A DNA stretch of 64,000 nt. It comes from Antedon mediterranea (lineage: Eukaryota > Animalia > Echinodermata). Below the pieces are notes generated by a model. That model did no database searches, was not told where the DNA came from, and saw nothing but the letters and a program-made list of their open reading frames with translations. A program made the position numbers and the translations under genes. Positions 12,043-26,130 of the stretch are shown one piece after another (position 1 is the first letter of the stretch; every line of letters begins with the position of its first letter). Location of the stretch: the NCBI RefSeq assembly GCF_964355755.1, contig NC_092679.1, forward strand, positions 24,349,432 through 24,413,431. The letters run 5' to 3'.

Positions 12043-13399
12043 TTCTACGATATATTTATGTAATAAACGGTTGTTCTATATTTTTTATAGATGTGTATCT
12101 TAATGTGGTGAAATATTTTAACGACAAACAATTGATTCATAAATTCAATACAGGGTTTAACTTTAAAAACAAATTATGGAATATAATTAAGCTATATGTG
12201 TTATTTATGAGTGAAACTCTTTCATGTTTGTACACACACAAGTTTGAGTTGCAGAACTCTACATTTGTTTGCAGGAGATGATGAACCAGGGTTTACTTAT
12301 TTCCTTATATGGGTACTCTTTGTATTTATCATGTTCATTCATACAGTACCTATTCTTTTGTTTTCAAATTATTTTTTACAAATAATATTTGCATGAGCAA
12401 TAATTAAAGGAAAAGAATTATGACCATCAAGGATGTATGTTACCGGATAGGAGGCTGGCTCATCCAGCTGATTTAGTGTTATATGTCCCATTGTTATGGT
12501 AATGTCCCAGAATACCCAGTCTGAGCATGCTCAGAATTGTCTGAATGATAAACAGTACTGTGTATTATTTTATATAAATAAATGTTTATATTTTACTTTA
12601 TTAACTGCAAATAGGTATGCTGCCCTTATGATGAAATTTAAATATTAATCTATTGCACAATTAACATAAGCTGATAATGTGCCCATATATGGACATGATG
12701 ATGTCATATCACTACTATATTTGGCCATCACTTTAATATTTGGGCACATCACACATGTTTTGTCAAACTAGTTTGATAGTGTAGACAGAGCTTTAGACTT
12801 ATTAGTATTTCATTCTGTGAATGAGAAAGAGAAAATCTACTGTAATGAAAGCATTTGTTTATGTGCTGCTAAACAACAACATTGAATTACTATTATTAAA
12901 TGATATGAATATAGTGAATATTCATCTTGTTATCTACCTTTTGAAAACTATGAAAAGTAATATTAAAGTCAGGAACACTCTTCCCAGCTCACATTTAAAA
13001 TACTGTTCTATAAAATTGTTTAATAATATTTGATGTTGATTTTAAATTTGAAATACAGAGCACTGACTAGCCCATTATATCTTTTTAAATATATATAATA
13101 TCTTTAAAATCTGTAAGTGTTACATTGAAGTGTGCATCTTGTGGTAATGATTATAGTATAGATACTCAGGGTAATGTTTTGTTATGTTGCATTACAAACA
13201 TTAGGAACCTTTTTTAATTTTACAAGAATGTACTAGATATATTAAACTACAAATGTAGATGTACAGTAGATCTTATGTGCTTTAAAAAGGCAGGGGAATT
13301 AAATTAAAAATAAACTCAATCTTAATAACAGAGTCATGTAATACAATATTTGTGTTGATATTTTGGCTACATTTATGATGTCATCAAAATCTGACCTAT

Positions 13400-13670
13400 A
13401 CCACCAGTTGAAGTTTCATAATATTCATTGTCAATTGTGATTACGATACCCCTACAGCCACAGTACAAATCCAACCATGACTGACTGGAGCTGATGGACC
13501 AGTACACTGGAGTAACCCACTGCTCTTGTTCTTGTAAAGTGGACACGAGCCAGATGTGTACACTCACTCAGTCCTTATTTGAAACGACCTACAGTCAAGG
13601 AGTCGAGTCTTGAACTTGGTATGATTACAATTTGCAGTGCTCCTGAAATGCTCAATCTGAACTCTATGGC
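13400..13670 (-). mobile_element. Possible degenerate tRNA-derived SINE
   Basis: GC-richer island in AT-rich intergenic DNA; the minus strand starts with A-box-like tagagttcagattg and B-box-like agttcaagactc. Family not verifiable. Confidence 0.35.
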
Positions 13671-15246
13671 GAATACAGTTCAATCTAATATTATGCTGCT
13701 AATATAATTGCAAAAGAAACAAATAAAGTGTTTGAAATTACATATTTATTAAAACACTACCTGTATTTAGCTTTAATATAAAACTTAACATGAGATTCAA
13801 TATTACCAGTGTGCAGCAGAAGATTCCATGGAATATAACATTGCATTGATGTTGTGAAGTGTGCATAGCATATTATTTATACTATGCCATTTTCTCTAAA
13901 GTATGTTTTTCGACCCAGTTTCTGGTCAAAGTGAACTATTACATGACCTTGTATTGCTGCCTTTTAAAACAAACATTTAGAATTTATTTTGTAAGGGCTT
14001 TCAAAAATTACAGGAAAGGGAAAAAAGCTATGATGAAAAGATTTGTATTTGTGGTATGGCCAACAGGTACATCGATTGGCATAAAGGTAGATAAAATGGT
14101 GCCAAAATCCAACAATTGACCAGCATGAATATCTGTTGCCTAAATGTGTACCGCATGTGATCAGTCATTTTTTAGTAGTAGTACAGCTAATTTGACTGTA
14201 GTAAGGTATACAGTGTCTCTACGCTTTCAAGCTATAGTTTGACTAAAAAAGTGCGATGTTCCCAAATATAGTAGTAATATGATGTCGTCATGTCCATATA
14301 TGGACACACAATATTTTTTCCTCAAATAGTTTATAGTATAGACAGAGCTTTAGGGTCTTATAACTTGTGTAACTTTACTGAATTTATGTGCAACTTTTAT
14401 TGCCGAGTGACAGATATACATAAATTTGAGAAAACATGTTTAAATACTATAACTATTTAAAATATGAAGTATGCTATACAGCTTATTACACAATATACTG
14501 ATAATCAAAATAATATGATTACATTACTATTATAGATTTCTTTAAAATTAGCACTATAAAAGCACCATATATAGGTTACCTTTCGTAATTACCATAATAC
14601 AGTGTTAACAGTAATATTTAGTTTATAAATAATTTCATTTCAATTATTTATTTCACTTTACAAATATATAAATATAAAGTGGAGGAGCCTAAAAGAAAGC
14701 AAAGCTTGTGGTGAATAGGCTCCTCAAAACAAAAAATAAAATATAAATATTAAAATAACACAATAATAAAAGATGCAATAGTGTACATTCTGTCATGGTC
14801 ATGATACTGAGAATTTCAAATTTGATTTATTATGTTACGATTCATTAAATGCCACAAAATGAATCATTTCAGACCTCCTAAAGTTATTGATCACTTTCGT
14901 AGGAAAAAAAAGAAAGAACAAATTGAAAGACAAATTTGACTATTATTTTCTTAAATTGCAGTTTTTCATAATTTTTTTTTCAATCCAATTTTTTATCAAA
15001 GTGAAAAACTGTATGTGACATTAAAATGGAATATTAAAAAAATGTTTAATTTATTGAGGGAGACAATATCTAGGGCTAACATTTACCTGCAGAATTCTCT
15101 TTAAAATCAACTACTTCAACATTTTGCCAAAACATTTTAAAAGCTTGAAACCTAAATGTAGATGTCTTTTAAATTTTACCACAACGTAAACATCGATAAT
15201 GTATTTAAAACAAATCCACTAATACGAAATAAATAGAAACATTTGG

Positions 15247-15568
15247 TACAATGTCTTTGTATTACAATGTCTTTGTATTACAATGTCTTTGTATTACAAT
15301 GTCTTTGTATTACAATGTCTTTGTATTACAATGTCTTTGTATTACAATTTCTTTGTATTACAATGTCTTTGTATTACAATGTCTTTGTATTACAATGTCT
15401 TTGTATTACAATGTCTTTGTATTACAATGTCTTTGTATTACAATGTCTTTGTATTACAATGTCTTTGTATTACAATGTCTTTGTATTACAATGTCTTTGT
15501 ATTACAATGTCTTTGTATTACAATGTCTTTGTATTACAATGTCTTTGTATTACAATGTCTTTGTATTA
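15247..15568. repeat. 16-bp minisatellite, ~20 copies
   Basis: Unit tacaatgtctttgtat; source of three spurious ORFs. Confidence 0.97.
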
Positions 15569-16183
15569 TAGTATTAAATTATTGAAATTCTTATATTATT
15601 ACATTTTATATATACATGGCCACCTAGAATAGAGCACAAGTACTGTACTGTATATATTATATAATAATAAATGGGCAAAACACCTTGAAATGTTTGTGTT
15701 AAAATACCTACCTACTGTATATATTATATTTTAAAGAACATTTTAAGTGTACCTTTAAAACTAATACATTTTGACATTGCATAGAGGCATACTTATTTGC
15801 TTTATTTAAAATAAATTATTTAAATATTTACATCTATGTGTCAACAATTCAATAAATTAATAAAACCTCTAAAATTAAGTAGAATTTTAACATAATATTT
15901 TAAAACTATATATAGAAACAAAAGATATAGCAATGATTTGGTGCAACATTATGAGTAAAAGTTTTCTTTTCTTCTTAGGAGCATAATATGGCTACTATTA
16001 GATTAAGATAAATCATGAACTTTTAGATAAAATGGTATTGGTATCTCAACAAATACATGTTAAATTAAATTACTTAAGAATATCTTTTAAACAAAACTTA
16101 ATGAGAATTGTATTCATATCTGTTGACTTTAGTTAGTAGCAGCCAGCCTTAAGGCACAATGAAAGTACAGCAGTTAATTGACT

Positions 16184-19100
16184 TCAGCTGGTTAAGGTTT
16201 TCCAGTTGACGTCTCTAAAGAAAGGATGGTTTTTGATGTCTTCAGAGCCAGCTAACCCTGAGCCTAGTCTCTCGCTTGGGTTTACCAAAAGAAGCTAATA
16301 AAGTAACAGAAAATAGAAAAGATATAGAAATTAACATTGTAAACAAATATTGTGTTTATTACTTTTTTATCGTTGATTTTTTGTGCAACATTCAAAAGTG
16401 GTTATGTTAGTAGCCAATTTCCTTCCTAATACTGTACCTGTTTTAGTAATGATTTAGCTTCTTTGGATACATGATCAGGTATTTTCAGTTCGGTGTGACT
16501 GTTGATTCCACTTGGATGGCAATTGTGCAGGGTCTACAAATACAAATACATTGAATATCATGGTGTACAATCTTACACTTTTAATTCCTTTAAAGTGAAT
16601 GATGATTTTCCTTGAAAAATATGTTTTTTAAATATTTGTTCTGAAAATAAATAATACATTTTAAAAAGTTTACTTTACCTTTCCTGTGAGGAGCTCAAAC
16701 AGAAGAGTTCCTACAGTCCACCAATCACAAGCCTGCGTGACCTTGTAGATCCCATTGACCTCTGGAGCAGAATACAGGTTGTCTATTGCCAATTCCTTTG
16801 CATCATCTTCTACATATTGCCATATACTGAAGTAAGATAACCGGATGTGACCACGCTCACCAAGAAGAATATTGCTAGGGTTTAAATCTCTGTGGGAACA
16901 AATCAACAAAACAAAATAGTGTGAATTATACTATATATTATATAATATTGTGTACAGCCCCAGAATTCATTTGGTGTTGAAGTTTTATTACTTACTTGCA
17001 CTTTAATATTATTAACTTCCAACTAATAAATAAATAAACTCAAAATGTATAATAATGAAAGAAGAACCAACCTGCATATAATACCCATAGAATGAAGATC
17101 TTCTAAAGCAAGTACTATTTCTGCGATCCAAAAACGTATACATGACTCTGGCAGTGTGGCGTTAACTCTCAACTGTTCATTGTCTAAATGTTCAAATAGA
17201 ACAGACATTGTCCGATCACGCGATAAAGCTATTCCATTACCGGTTATTCCATTGTCAGTTAAAGTTTTCTTTCCAACATTATTTTCCAAATTTTCTTTCT
17301 GTTCATTCATTTCAGTAGTATTCTCTTTTTTGTTAGAATCAACGGAAGTTTTCCTCGTTGGACTACAAACTGGGGTTGGAATTCCTTTTGGTATTGTAAC
17401 AGAGGGTTTGCGGTCAGGAGAGTCCTCGATACTAACCCATGTATTGAATTGCAGTTTATTTGTTGTACTGCCTGCTTCACTAGATTCATATTTTTCAAAT
17501 GGATTAACAAATACAGAAAAAGTATCATCTTCTGGCGGAGAACTTTCAGGCAAATTTAACACTTCTTTGGTAGATTCAGGTTCACCCTCAATTTGGTTGT
17601 CATTATCAATTCCGGGAAAACACCCTTTACCCATCCCAGACACATTGAGATTGCTCTTTGATGTCTGTGTTTGAAGTATAGGACGGTTAGTACTGTTATC
17701 AGTTCTACAGATTGCACTGTTATCAACTAAATCTACGACAAGAAAGTCATCAGCAGAATTGACTGTACTGTCACATGTGACTTCAACGGATTGCAAGAGC
17801 TCAGAGGAATCTCCATCAATTGATGAACCACTGCTCATTGTGGTAGCGTCCATAACGATGCCAAATCCACTTGTGTCTGGCGTTTTGTGGATGAATGAAT
17901 CTAGCAAATTAGGTACATTATCTTCAATATCTTCCATAAAGTAACCAGATGGTTTTTTAGTTTGTGAATTATCAATAGAGTCTAGCACATCATCAATTAC
18001 CTCATTACTATCCGACACTTCCGCTTCGTTTTCTGGAAAACGATCGAAATCAAGCTTTCGTGATGAATTGCTCTTTGATGTATTGTTATCCTCTGGGATG
18101 TCTTTTAATGTTCGACCCGACTTACGTGGATCGAAACTGAAAATATCTCCATTCATCACATGTTCTGGACTTGAGAAGTCACTCTCTAAGCTGTCAATAC
18201 TGAACAAGCACATTGGAGGAGGTTGTCTGTCTGGTGTGGTTTGAGGCAAAGACGCTTCCTGATTATCAACAAACACATTATCTGGTTGTGTTTGTAAATT
18301 ATCATCATCATACTGCAAGCATTTCTCCATAAGAGTGCTCATACTCAAATCATCAGTTTCATCCACTACATCTGATTCAACATCTGATGCAGTGGTGTTT
18401 AAAATGGAGAGATTTGGCGCAGCAACAGATGGCATAGTGTCATCAGTAAAGTCTTGATTATTACTTAACGGTTCTTTAGAGTTTTTTTCAGATGGCTCTT
18501 TCAAAATCGTTTCATCACTAGTTAATGAATTAATATTATGGGTATAGTCAGTAACAAGCTCAACATAACTGCTGGCACAGTCTTGATTATTGTCTGGGAC
18601 TGGGCTTGTTTCCTTTGATTCTATTTCTGGATTCGGTTCAAAAGAATTAACTGCAGGTTCAACAGTACTATGAATATCTTTTAGATCGTTTTTATCGGCT
18701 GTTGATTCAAAAACCTCTCCGTCTTCAATTGCAATTTCCTCAAGAACACTATTGTCACGAGATCGTTTTGATGCCCTACTAGAATTCCTACTTCTGTCCA
18801 GACTATTGGTCAGCGACTGTTTTGCCATGGCGTCTTCTTCTTGCCTTAGATACCCACTTACGTAATCCCACAGTTTGCCACCACTAGCGTGTTCTATAAC
18901 AAGGTATATAGCATTTTCTGTTTCAAAATACTGGCAGAGTTGAACCATAAAACGACATTTTACTGGAACACAAGTTTTTCTTTTCTTTGAAGGAACAGCA
19001 CACTTTTGTAAAACCTAGAACAAAAAAAACAATATTTAAAATAAGAAATACTGTAGAACAAGGACAAAGTGTACATAGGCCGTAGTGTTAAAAAGAGTAA

Positions 19101-22100
19101 GTTTTTAAGTAATCTGAAAACTAAAATTATTTTCGATCATCATCAGTTAATAATTCAATTCAATTTATTTCCACAATTTTATTAAAAATAATAATATTTA
19201 TTCGGCAAAAGTTGCCAGGAGCAAGTAATAGGCATGAGCCCAAACAGAAAACTGCTCTTACTCCAGCAAGTAATAGGCATAAGCCCAAACAGAAAACTGC
19301 CCTTACTCCAGCAAGTAATAGGCATGAGCCCAAACAGAAAACTGCTCTTACTCCAGCAAGTAATAGGCATGAGCCCAAACAGAAAACTGCTCTTACTCCA
19401 GCAAGTAATAGGCATAAACCCAAACAGAAAACTGCTCTTACTCCAGCAAGTAATAGGCATGAGCCCAAACAGAAAACTGCTCTTACTCCAGCAAGTAATA
19501 GGCATGAGCCCAAACAGAAAACTGCTCTTACTCCAGCAAGTAATAGGCATGAGCCCAAACAGAAAACTGCTCTTACTCCAGCAAGTAATATGCATGAGCC
19601 CAAACAGAAAACTGCTCTTACTCCATCATTATTTTAAAATACTAAAATAACAAAACTAAGTAGTACAAATTAATTAAAAACAAAATAACATGGTAATAAA
19701 TTGAATAACAAAAAATAATACTTTACTTTGATGACAAACATTTGGTTAGACACCATATCTAGAACTAATAACACTCTGTCAATTATACCAATAACTTTAA
19801 AATTCTTGAGGTCATCAAATGACCCACGTAAATGTAGTGAGTTGTGATCCATATCCACATGAAATTGATCAGACTATAAAAAAGAAAATAATTTATTGAC
19901 AGAAAATATTAAAACTTTAGACCATTTTTTCAAAGAATTCTTTTAATACAATTTCTATAGAAAATGCTGACGATATATTACATACATTCCATCGATCAAT
20001 ATTTGCAGCCTCTGCAGAAAGGAATTTCTTGTAAAGATCTTCTGCTTTCATAAGATATTGCGCTGTTTTACGTCGTACTGCCTCACGTCGAGCCTTGTTG
20101 TTATCCGCTGGAAGAACAATGAAAACAAATGATATTTAAAAAAATGAAAAAATACTGTTAAATACATTTCACAGAACTTTGACACTGTTTTGCTTGCAGA
20201 GGCCTTTGCACTGCAATGGACTAACAATATCTGAAATGAATGAATGAAATAAAAACATTGAAAACTTACTAACAACTCCTTGTAAGAGAACATTTACACC
20301 AGTTTTGTAATATGTAAATGCTGATTTATAGTTTCCTGTAGCCTCATTTTCCAAAGCTAGTTTAATATGACTAGCAGCTTTATACAAATAGTCGTCTTCA
20401 CCCCCAAGATCCATTGTAGACACAGATATGTTTGATGCAGTTCTATCACGAGTTGCTAAATCATGCAACGCTTTATTTTGCACCCCGATAGGTAACTGTT
20501 GCACCAATGCATTCCTACTATCAACTATACCTCCATCGACACCAAGTTGTTCATCGCGTTCGGCAGCTTGTTGAGCACGGATACAGTTCAAATAAGCTCT
20601 TGCCATCGATTTTGCGTGATGATCATCTTTACGTGCTGGAACTATACTTGTTCCAACAGCTTTATCATTGATTGATGCATTTTCTACTACTTTTATATCA
20701 TTAGATTCTAAAATGCCGTCAGCACAATCAACTGGTTGATCATTATTTGATTGGCTTGGAAAGTTTAGAGTGATTGCATCATCAGTAGGAGGATCAGAAA
20801 CTGGAGGTAACGATGTTTCTTTCTGCAATCCAGCACACATGTCCATTGCTTCAAACAGCCAACTACTGCTGTGTGACATAATGCCATCTTTGGATTCGGC
20901 TGGCAAATCTAGAAAACAAAATAGATCTTCAAATAACAAACCAGGGGTTGATGATTTAGAATTTAAGAATGACAATTATACCTGTAAAGTAACACTAGGA
21001 AGCTTTCAAACTATTCTAAATCAAAAATGATTTTTATCCTTTTACTTAAAGGTGGTTAAAATATGCAAATTTGTATCATTTTAGGTTCTTGCTATTTTCC
21101 ATACATTCAACCACCTTTCAGAGTAAAATATAATTCAGGGGTGCACCACACAACCCATAGTCCAAAAAATCGGAAGAGGTTCAATCTTCTCCTGAAGTTT
21201 TCTCGGATAAGGACTGGAGATCCACATATTGAAGAAAAAAACAAAAAGTTAAATGACCAACCAGAATCATTGAGAGGATCAAAGAAAGAAACATCCTGAA
21301 CTTGTGGAAGAGGTGTTGATGGCACAGAATCTTCACTGAATGTTGTCCTGTCATCATCATTGTCATTATCAAAACCTGTAGGATCGCTATCAGTCCCTAG
21401 GCCACGGAGCTCTGCAAGTGGATCTTCTTCGTCGTCCTCATGCTGCCGGTGGAGCCACACGCCACCTAAGTTTGATGCTTCTGATACTTGACGGCCTAGG
21501 TTTGGTGAACTTGCGCCAGAGCTACTTTCTATTGTCTCAGATGGTGAAAGCTCTTTCGTCGTTCTGTCTTGAGTCAATACATCTGGTAATAATATATTTT
21601 TGTCAACTGGCTGGCCTCTTGATTCTGCAAGTCTCTTTTCTCCACCCTATATGAAACATAAATAAAAGATGGGACATATTTCAATATTTAATATCCTATT
21701 ATTTTTACAGGTCCTCATCAGGTTCTGTATTAAACACAACATATATCTAATATATTATAATAATAACAGAGTTATTGTAGTACAGTATTTTGTCCTCATT
21801 GCTTTTAACCAATACCTATAACAGAATTATTGCAGATTTTTTTGTAGGCACTTATGGGGATATAAAAATGGTCCTGAGGAGAAGGTTTCTTACAATAGTA
21901 CATGATAAAATTGTTTACCTCAAAAAAATTGACAAAAAAATTACTCTTAACCAAGTAAGACTTTGTAGCAGCAAACTCTAACAGCTTAAGAGAACTCCTT
22001 TGTCTTTCTTCAATTACATCATTATCAAACCGACCTGAAACAAGAACGATTGTATTAATATAAATCATTTTAGAGCAGAATTGTTCTATTTCCAAGAAAT

Positions 22101-23722
22101 TATAGAATCTGCAAGTTAGTTTTCGGTTTCGCATTTATCAGCCTCAACAATTTAATGTAACCATTGAATATCACTTTTCTATTTAGGGGTTGGTATTAGA
22201 GATACTAGGTACTAGAGATAAACAACCATTAATATAGTACTCAATTAAGTTCCCCAAACACAGTTACTGTCTGAGTTATTAAATGGTAAAACCATGTCGG
22301 AAATAAAAAAAACCTACCAAATAGTTTTGCCTTTGCAAATGGTGGAAATGTCTCAGGACGTCGCATTTGTTGGTGGATTGTAAACAAAGCCTTATAGAGT
22401 TTTTTAAAATCATTATATCGCTTCCAAACTGTTACCTATAAGTTAAAATTGTTTTTAACCATCGTTAATAATATACCTTTAAAGCTGAGGTACAGGCATG
22501 AATTTTGAATATAATATCTGGTTAATTGTACATAAATCAAATATTTGTAACAGAAATCAAGACGAAAAACATGAATTTCCCTTAATATGGTCAAATACAA
22601 AATTTGGAAAAATTCTGCTATAAAAACAAGGAAGACTTTTTTTCAGTAGTTAGGTAGTTGAACCTAATGTAATAACATGTCTGGTGACTCCCTAGAAGGT
22701 GAAAAAAGATGGCGGATATACGGTGGATAATTTTTCCTATAGCATGAAAATAAAAATCTGAAGTTGAATAAAAATACCAGAAATGTAAAATTCAAGTTAT
22801 ATTACCTATATTTAGTCATCTGATAACATTTTTTACCAAACCGTTTATTTTTTTATAGCTTTTTAAAGTGCCTCTCTATTTACAAAATTTGTGTACAAAA
22901 GAATAGAGATTTTACTGTGTAATTTGAACTATCCCCCCACTGATAAGAAAGTGCTTATTTTCAACAAGCTCGTGTAACAAAAATAAAATCTCAAAAATTA
23001 TTAAACATAGGGGAAACTATAGATCGATAATTATTGGAATGTATGATCAATAGAAATTTTTGCCCGCACCTGGCCTTTAAAATAAAAATGACAATTGTAG
23101 ACATTTGGACTAGGCTAGTAATGTACACATGTAACGATTTATTCTTCAATTTAATACACATATTACTTACTTCTATAGTTTCTTCTGGTTTGTTTATTAC
23201 AAAACCCTGTAAAAAGAACATTGGAAAAATAATAAATGTATACTAGAAATTGCAGTGCAATAAGTGAGGGTTGTGACAATCTATCTATTATTATTAGTAG
23301 TATGACGCAGACAGGGCCATCCTCCATATAGAAACTACCGCCCATCATCCATCACATGCACCATGGCATGGAGTCCATGCATGCACTGAGCAGAATCTTC
23401 CGGGCTCGGGGCCGAATCTTCCAGGCCCGGGACCGAATGGTCCCACTATCTACTCTCTACGCCTTTACATTTATGTTTATGCCTGGCCCTCCTAGGCTAG
23501 CCTAGGCCTAGGCCCTAGCTAGTAGCAGGCCTAGCTAGGCGCGGCCTAATTAATATATTATGCCTACTCTAGGCCTCTAAGTCAGTGGAAAAATAAAACA
23601 AATTTTACCATATATGTTACTTTGTAAATGGTAAATCCTTTAGGATGAGTGACTGGGTCAGAAACTGTGAAGCTTCGTACCCATTGTTCTCTTTTTCTTG
23701 TCGACGTCTTGGTGGCCATCAT
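16184..23722 (-). CDS. RPS6KC1: Ribosomal protein S6 kinase delta-1 (PX + MIT + split pseudokinase), 12 coding exons
   Basis: Exons 23722-23609, 23206-23171, 22435-22318, 22034-21919, 21646-21262, 20908-20270, 20107-19986, 19873-19727, 19014-17072, 16889-16679, 16533-16438, 16294-16184. PX ([32 protein letters not shown]), MIT ([25 protein letters not shown]), kinase halves (EHASGGKLW; [29 protein letters not shown]). Confidence 0.93.
19221..19625. repeat. 45-bp minisatellite, 9 copies, in an RPS6KC1 intron
   Basis: Unit gcaagtaataggcatgagcccaaacagaaaactgctcttactcca; explains four overlapping ORFs with 15-aa periodicity. Confidence 0.97.
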
Positions 23723-24147
23723 GCATGAGAAACGTCAAACACCCCGAGGTAAATTCAGAGCGTCATTTCGGGCATTTCGACGATCGAGCATTCTCTACTT
23801 CTACGGAGCGCCATTTATGCCTTTATTTACTTCCGAAATAGAAATAGTACTACGGTAACTGGTTCAGTGGACCAAATTTAGCACCAGTGGAGCACAGTGA
23901 TATAAAATAGAAGTAAGTCACTAATTTTAATATCTTTTTGTATGTTAATACACTGTGCTCAAGTGGACACAATTTGGAGCCAGTGGAGCACAGTGATATA
24001 AATAGAAACAAGTCATTGAATGTCTAATATCTTTTCGTATTAAGCATATTTGAATACCTACCGTACCGGTATGATACCATACATGTTCGACAATACAGTG
24101 TCACATATCTCTATTTAAAAAAAAACAATATTAAAAAAAAGAAAATA

Positions 24148-24215
24148 TCCGTCGAGGTTCGAACCCCAGCCGATAGCACTCAAAACTGAGCATTACCCGT
24201 TACGCCACCAACTAC
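24148..24215 (-). other. tRNA-like Pol III cassette (A box, B box, T-run) inside the foldback element; not a functional tRNA
   Basis: Minus strand tggcgtaacgg (A-box-like), ggttcgaacc (B box, 24156-24165), then T-runs; no convincing cloverleaf. Confidence 0.5.
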
Positions 24216-25545
24216 ATGAGTGAAAAGCTGATAATAGTCAATTTATACGTTTCAAAGGTGATATGATAATTCTAATTCTTTTCTAAATTATAAAAATATT
24301 AAAATTAGTAAGTAGGCTTTTGTGTGCTAGCTCTGTTTGTATTTCATAATTTTGTTTTGTTGAATTACATGCAATGCACGGCCGCGTTTCATATTTCAAT
24401 AAATATTTTTTTCAAAATTGTCTTTGCTCAGCCCCATTCATGGTGGGGTAGTGAAGACTCTTATATATCATGTTTCAAAATACTATAGGTGTCATTTCTG
24501 GGGACCTTGTAGCTATTTTTAAACAGTTTGGTAAGCCCTGCATTGTTAAGCAAATGAGTTTGTGCAGGTGTAATGGGAAAGATGGTATTGTTAGTCCTAC
24601 GCGGTGAACACGCCACAACATTAAATTTAAAAGTAAAATTTTGATTTTGTTAATCTTTATTAAATATTAAGTCTCCAGTAATACTAGCCCATCCATGGTT
24701 GAGGAAGAGAAATGAGAATAGAGCCCAGAAATGCACTTAACTTGTACCTATTAATATACATAGTAGTCACCTATGATAATTATGATAATGTTAAAATGTC
24801 AACTATCCAGATGCGACTTCAACATTTTAGGTGGGGTTTTCTACTTTAAAAACTCGACTTCGTATATGCCTATGGCCTAGCCCGGCGGCGGAATTAGTCT
24901 AAGCTTCGAAATTGGTCTGGAAATCGGCATCTTTGCAAATGTTCTATAATACAATATCTTGCATGAAACGGATATTTAAAAATACACTATAATGTGTAAC
25001 GGTAGAATTACAATTCTAATGTAAAAGATTAACAAAATAAAAATTGAACAGTGTTGTGTGTTGATCGGGAATAACTAACAATACCATCTTTCCCACAGCA
25101 CATGTGCACACTCATTTGCATAACAAACGCACGGCATACCAAACTACGATGAGATAAAATTAATTCTCTTCTAAACACGTAACGAAGAGAATTAATTCCT
25201 TTTTATAACATTAAAATAAATTGAGGGCGCTAAACATAACATTTATACCATCAAATCAGTTGGCGAGAGCCAAAAAAAAAAAGACAATAATTTTATTCAT
25301 TATTTTCCATTTAAAAAAAAATCCACTGGCGCCAAATTGGGTCCACTTGAGCACAGTGTATTAAACATACGAAAAGAACTTGAGCAGCAGCACAGTGTTT
25401 TATACGAAAAGATATTAACATTTAGTGACTTTATTTCTATTTTATATCACTGTGCTCCACTGGGGCCAAATTGGGTCCACTTGAGCACATTGTATTAACA
25501 TACGAAAAGATATTAAAATTTAGTGACTTTATTTCTATTTTATGT

Positions 25546-26130
25546 TTTTATTAAACCTTATTTTGTGAGGGTGACCCTAAACAGCATATGCAGACAGTCA
25601 AAAACATATATGAAAAACGGATGAACTATGTTATAAAAAATATAAAAATATATAATATATGTACTTAATAAATACAAAAATATAGCCTTCAATACTATAC
25701 AAAACGTTGAGTTTTTTCTTTTAGGATTAAATATTTTGTTAGAGCAGACTTAAAATTAGTTATTGTTACCGCATTTCTTAGTTTGGTGGGTAGCAAATTC
25801 AGGTATGTTGGTGCTCTATAGATGAAGTTTAGCTTCAGTTTTAGGGAAAGGGGCGACAAATTTCCTCTCACTGACACTTCGGGTAGTCCTATATCGATGA
25901 TTTGGAATTCTGGCAAGACGCAGGGCAAGGTATTCCGGAGCAAGACCATTTGCAGACCTGTAGGCAAGGCAGCCCAGTTGTAGATGCATGCGATCTTGGA
26001 CTGTATGAAGTTTTAAGGTGTTGTAAATGTTAGTTCGTGGTGTGAGAGGATGAGCGAAGTGCTCTATTTTGAATGGTCTGTATTCGGTCAATATTCGATC
26101 TGATTCCCCAAACACTACATCAATAGTCAA
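25546..26130 (-). mobile_element. 3' fragment of a CR1/L2-type LINE nested in the foldback element
   Basis: Frameshifted ORF2 C-terminus YNTLKLHTVQDRMHLQLGCLAYRSANGLAPEYL...YRTTRS...FIYRAPTYLNLLPTKLRNAVTITNFKSALTKYL, followed by a 3' UTR ending in aataaa; interrupts the subterminal repeats. Confidence 0.8.

Larger units (their letters stand above)
2580..14352. mobile_element. Dispersed ~130-bp MITE-like family, five degenerate copies (about 2580-2710, 8800-8915, 11795-11905, 12675-12795, 14210-14352)
   Basis: Shared core gatgatgtcatatcactaccatatttgggcacatcac and terminus agtttgatagtgtagacagagct; the 14210 copy retains a partial inverted left end. The coordinates give the span of the copies, not one element. 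Confidence 0.7.

Noticed and set aside
12520-12535. Perfect 16-bp palindrome tctgagcatgctcaga
   Set aside because: Single occurrence with no supporting context; could be chance.
15243-15632. Three overlapping Cys/Tyr-rich ORFs
   Set aside because: Products of the 16-bp repeat.
17156-17944. Plus-strand 172-aa and 61-aa ORFs
   Set aside because: Antisense shadows of the large RPS6KC1 exon.
19160-19650. Four ORFs on both strands with 15-aa periodicity
   Set aside because: Products of the 45-bp repeat; flanking RPS6KC1 exons join in phase without them.
20909-20981. Alternative RPS6KC1 acceptor at 20981
   Set aside because: Introduces an in-frame stop; the acceptor at 20908 preserves the frame.
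24148-24215. Functional tRNA gene
   Set aside because: A and B boxes are present but acceptor and anticodon stems do not pair convincingly.
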